Positions 60,196-64,000 of a stretch of 64,000 nt of DNA are shown here, in pieces; position 1 is the first letter of the stretch; each line of letters begins with the position of its first letter. The notes beneath the pieces were generated by a model. The model ran no database searches, was not told where the DNA came from, and saw nothing but the letters and a program-made list of their open reading frames with translations. Source of the DNA: Dimorphilus gyrociliatus (Eukaryota; Animalia; Annelida); assembly GCA_904063045.1 (NCBI GenBank), contig CAJFCJ010000071.1:56245-120244 (forward strand), written 5' to 3'. The position numbers and the translations under genes are program-made.

Positions 60196-61790
60196 AATAT
60201 TAAATAAATTTAGTTTATCAAATTTAGAGGATACTGAACTCTTAAGAAATTTCTTATCACCTTTGAACATTGATATTTTTATTTCATAAGTTGATAATAA
60301 TAGATTTTTATAATCTCTAACATTTTATCAATTCAAAGGTGAAGGTCAATTGTAGAAAAATTTAATTATAAAATTTGTTAACCAATATATGACTCAGCAT
60401 ATTTTACATAGCGCAAATTGAGGATAGGGCATAGAAAATAGAACATTAAATGTTTTCTTCATATCAAACCAGTTTTTCTTTTCAAACTTAATAAAGAAAG
60501 TAAAAAGAAGCTTTCTTTAAAACAGATGGATATTTAAATAATCAAATTTTATATTAACAATCACAGTACTCTCTTATTTAGGGTTTATAAGTAAGTAAGG
60601 GTCCAATAAGAACCAAAGTATGAGTGAGATAGCTAAAGGTGTAGGATTGATAGTGAGAGGAATATGAAGCCAGTTTTACAACTTGGTTCACAGAGGTTGT
60701 ATCAAGTCTTTCTGACCACCTTTCCTAATTACACCCTGGTTTATATACATTCTCTCATCATGCACTACAGGCATTGAACCACAGGGATCTAATTCCTAGA
60801 TAAGGCTCATCAGGACCACACACTTATTATGCAATAGTATTATAAGCAACTAGCTCAGTTATGTACTTGTTTATGCTGATCAATATCACATGTTTACTCT
60901 AATGATCTTATGATATAGTAACAAAAAAATATACAATTTTCAAAAGATGTAGTTTATAAGTGTACACGCATCATTAATTATTTAAAAATGAGATAGGCTG
61001 AGAGAAATATATGAAACTATAATTCTATGTCTATATACTGAAATTAGGTCAATAAAATAAATATAAACATCTATTAAACATACATGTTTTGTCATAAATA
61101 ATAAATACTCAACTTGTTAATCATTCCTAGAAGAATTGAACCATTGATTATCAATATATTAGAAAACTGTTTATTAGTTGGAAAATTGTCCTTTGAAGAA
61201 ATTGAAGAAAAAATAAATGTATATGACAAAAATATCTTTTAGTGCGATACTACTATTTGTACCACTAATCTCTGGATTTTATGAAGATTATGTAAATCTT
61301 CTTTCACCACACAGGTATGTTGATGTAAGTGGTTCAGTACACTTGGGAATGTATAAATTTGGCAATTTATTTGATGACACGTCCTTTAAATATAAGACTG
61401 ATGCTAGTAGACAAAATATAAGTCAAATTAAAATATGGTTTCGAATTCAAAGTGGAGAACATTTTAAATTGCATATGTTACGTTTCCTGAAATTACGTAA
61501 TGGACACGAAAAACTGAATTTTACATTAACATTTTTAGATGATACAGAAGATTATGTTTTAGAGCATAACTTTACAAATGGTTGGAATGAAATTGAATTT
61601 TCTAATGTAACATTTATAAAAAGAATCTACATAATTGTAAGCGAATCAGAATTTAATGATCTAGAAATTGGTGAATTTCAAATTCTTGGCTTTGATAAAT
61701 ATTTTCTATCATGTTATGAATGGTCTTATGAATCAAAACTTAAAGATTCCTCTGTCTTTTTATATGTAATTGATAATTGGATGTTATGGG
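59756..61790 (+). repeat. Second copy of the 2,035-bp inverted duplication
   Basis: Reverse complement of 41297-43331. Confidence 0.97.
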
Positions 61791-61822
61791 TACAAGACAT
61801 GTCAAATCTGTTTTCACTTTAA
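61217..61822 (+). pseudogene. 3'-truncated copy of the 41870 F5/8-domain gene
   Basis: Near-identical first 191 aa, then switches to MULE antisense sequence at 61791. Confidence 0.9.
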
Positions 61823-62800
61823 TATCCACTTCTAAATTCTTTTTTCTGTTGTGATTATGTTCCAAATTCCATTTTGTCTTATTCTGGCCACACATCTTTT
61901 CTTCTTACTTCTCACACTGCACACCCAAATAGTACTTGATGGTGTTTTATGTTTAACAACAAAAGAATATCCATCATTAAGTAAAATATCATGTCCCTTT
62001 CTACTTCCTCCTTTTACAATCTCAAAATCACTTTTTGTGGATGATTCACAATATTCTTCAGCATTCTCTTCAACTTCCTCCAAAGAGTCTAGGTCCATTG
62101 ATTGGCATTCTGAAAGAACATGATTTTCATCCTCCAATATTGATTCCTCAACTGCAGCCATCTTATTTCTTTCATGAATAAAGCTTTCTTCAGAATTTAC
62201 TTTGAATTCATGAATTTCCAGATTAGTTAACTTCTTGAGCATGACAGTACATTTTCTTTTGTTACAAGGTTTGCAAATTGGTATGTTATGTGTTTCTATA
62301 AGAATATGTTAAAAAATAGAATTACATGAAAGCTGATTAAATAGTTACATACCTGTGCATTTCCTATGAATAAGATTCTTACAAAGGCTGCATTTCAAAT
62401 ATTTTTGCCTTCCATAAATTGTTGAATGACAAATGTGACATTTGAAAGCCATTTTATAATCTTCAATGAAATGTAGATGGTTATCTAAAAATATTTCCAG
62501 TTATCAATAAATCTCCTTTCCAAATATTCAAAATGGCTGAAATTTTATTTATGAAAAATATTCAGCTTTTTCACAATTGAAGATAATACATTACATCAAA
62601 ATATCATGCATCAACAATCTCAATGATTAGATATAGATACTCACTTCTGTTGAAGCTTCCAAGAAGAGCTTTGTCCAAATTTATTCAGTAAATATAGCTT
62701 TAAAAATAGATTTATAGCTAAATCTTTTATTCAAAAATTCAAAAAAAAACAAGTATAAAAATAGGTACGTTCGCACCCAGGTATGTTCGCACCCCAACTC
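61791..62800 (-). mobile_element. 5' part of a MULE (GGGTGCGAACGTACC family): TIR, PHD finger, FLYWCH-like domain; truncated at the duplication junction
   Basis: TIR ending caccccaactc at 62800; ATG 62452 MAFKCHIC...KCSLCKNLIHRKCT, 57-bp intron 62296-62352, THNIPICKPC; NDGYSF...WVCSVRSKKKRC...HNH. Confidence 0.9.
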
Positions 62801-63343
62801 TTGATAAATAGATCAACTATGATGACTAATAGCCCTTGTTTGAGTCTGCTCTGCTATTGTTTTAGGGTTAGATTTGAGTTTCTAAACTATCTCTCTGTAG
62901 TATAGTCAATATTTGACCCTGATTAGTCCTTGGTATGTAAAAAGAAAAGTAGAGGGGAAAAAATATGATAGGAAATAATAAAAACAAAAAAAATCTGTTA
63001 TCTAGCAGAAAATGAAACAAACAACAAATTTTTTAGAGTAGATGAAGTTTGTATTAAGTAAAACTGGCTCTTAAACACATTTAAGGGTGAACAAGTATTA
63101 CTCAACGCCATGTTTGATGGCTCACCTTTTAGGTAGATCGCCACAAAACATTGGCAATTGACCACATTTGGCACTGTATGTTAGGTGTCCAGCTATATGT
63201 CCACCAGATGAAAAAAGAGTGCTGTTTGCACAATAATTATTATTATACTGTGTCAAAGTGAAAACTGTCAAGGTAAAGCGTTTTTTGCTCCCGTCCTCCA
63301 GGTGGTTGGTACATCCAAGAAAGATATCTACTTAATTAGAATA

Positions 63344-64000
63344 CTAATAGATTTCAACTGAAGTGGTTGTCAATTCTTTTACAAATTCTACTCTAAGTTC
63401 GACATAATCAATTCCTTCTTTACATTTGAACAGTAAACGATTCCAACTTGAATCATCAATTTCTATTTCTGGACACATTACGAATAAATCATTGTTATCC
63501 AACAGATTTTTGGCATAAACAATGCTTTGATGTGATGTATTTATACCCGAAACAATTATGTAATAATAACTGCTGAAATTAATAGTTGACCTTGCTATTT
63601 CATAGGTATATTTCAGAATTGGATTAGAACATGGTTGGGGTTGGTCTGAAACAAATAGAAAGCTAATTGGTAAAAGTAAATTTAAAACAAAATACTGTTT
63701 AACATTAACTTTTCTTATGCAAATAAGGTATTGCCAAGAGGTCAACTTCGTGAATTATTTGAATTGCACTTGATATAATTGATAAAAACTTTGTGAATAT
63801 GATACGATATTTTTGGCAAATTATTTGAGTTTCTATAAAAGAATATTCAAGAGATTTGTATTCATATACTTGACTTTTAAAATTCAATATTCCAACACTA
63901 GTTGTCGATATTGGATGAGTACGATAAACTGAAAATGAACGATGATCGTTCGTCATGAACTTTTCAATAAAATAGGTTAACTCACTGGTTAGGCACACTA
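63344..64000 (-). CDS. Part of another secreted-type gene (F5/8-like / Cys-domain), extending beyond the window
   Basis: Consecutive minus-strand ORFs with LFVMCPEIE...LFKCKEG..YVELRVE..SVEIY, similar in style to neighbouring genes. Confidence 0.45.

Noticed and set aside
1-64000. tRNA, rRNA or prokaryotic operon and defence-system features
   Set aside because: No cloverleaf, rRNA-like sequence or operon structure seen; introns and metazoan domains indicate animal DNA

Overview
This is AT-rich eukaryotic (invertebrate) genomic DNA, not prokaryotic. The evidence is short GT-AG introns of about 57-70 bp, secreted multi-domain genes and TTAGGG-like repeats; a compact lophotrochozoan genome such as a Dimorphilus-like annelid is my inference. 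It is a repeat-dense, gene-birth/death region. Mobile DNA: the 3' part of an env-bearing Ty3/Gypsy element (integrase, an unexpected second aspartic protease, a class III/gB-like glycoprotein, PPT, 635-bp LTR); solo and partial LTRs; several intron-containing Mutator-like (MULE) families with an N-terminal PHD finger; a 207-bp MULE-type MITE carrying telomere-like/G4 repeats; a Tc1 element nested in a MULE; and a Penelope-like fragment. Host genes fall into two immune-like classes. The first is intracellular ribonuclease-inhibitor-type LRR genes with different N-termini: an intact RING-B-box-coiled-coil-LRR (TRIM-LRR), a BC-box/Cul2-box-LRR pseudogene, a long LRR pseudogene and a decayed NACHT gene. 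The second is secreted lectin-like mosaics (F5/8-FTP, PAN, trefoil-like, CBM14-TSP1-triple C1q). A 2,035-bp inverted duplication links 41.3-43.3 kb and 59.8-61.8 kb. All domain calls are by-eye motif recognition without database searches. Many frameshifts could be real decay or homopolymer assembly errors.
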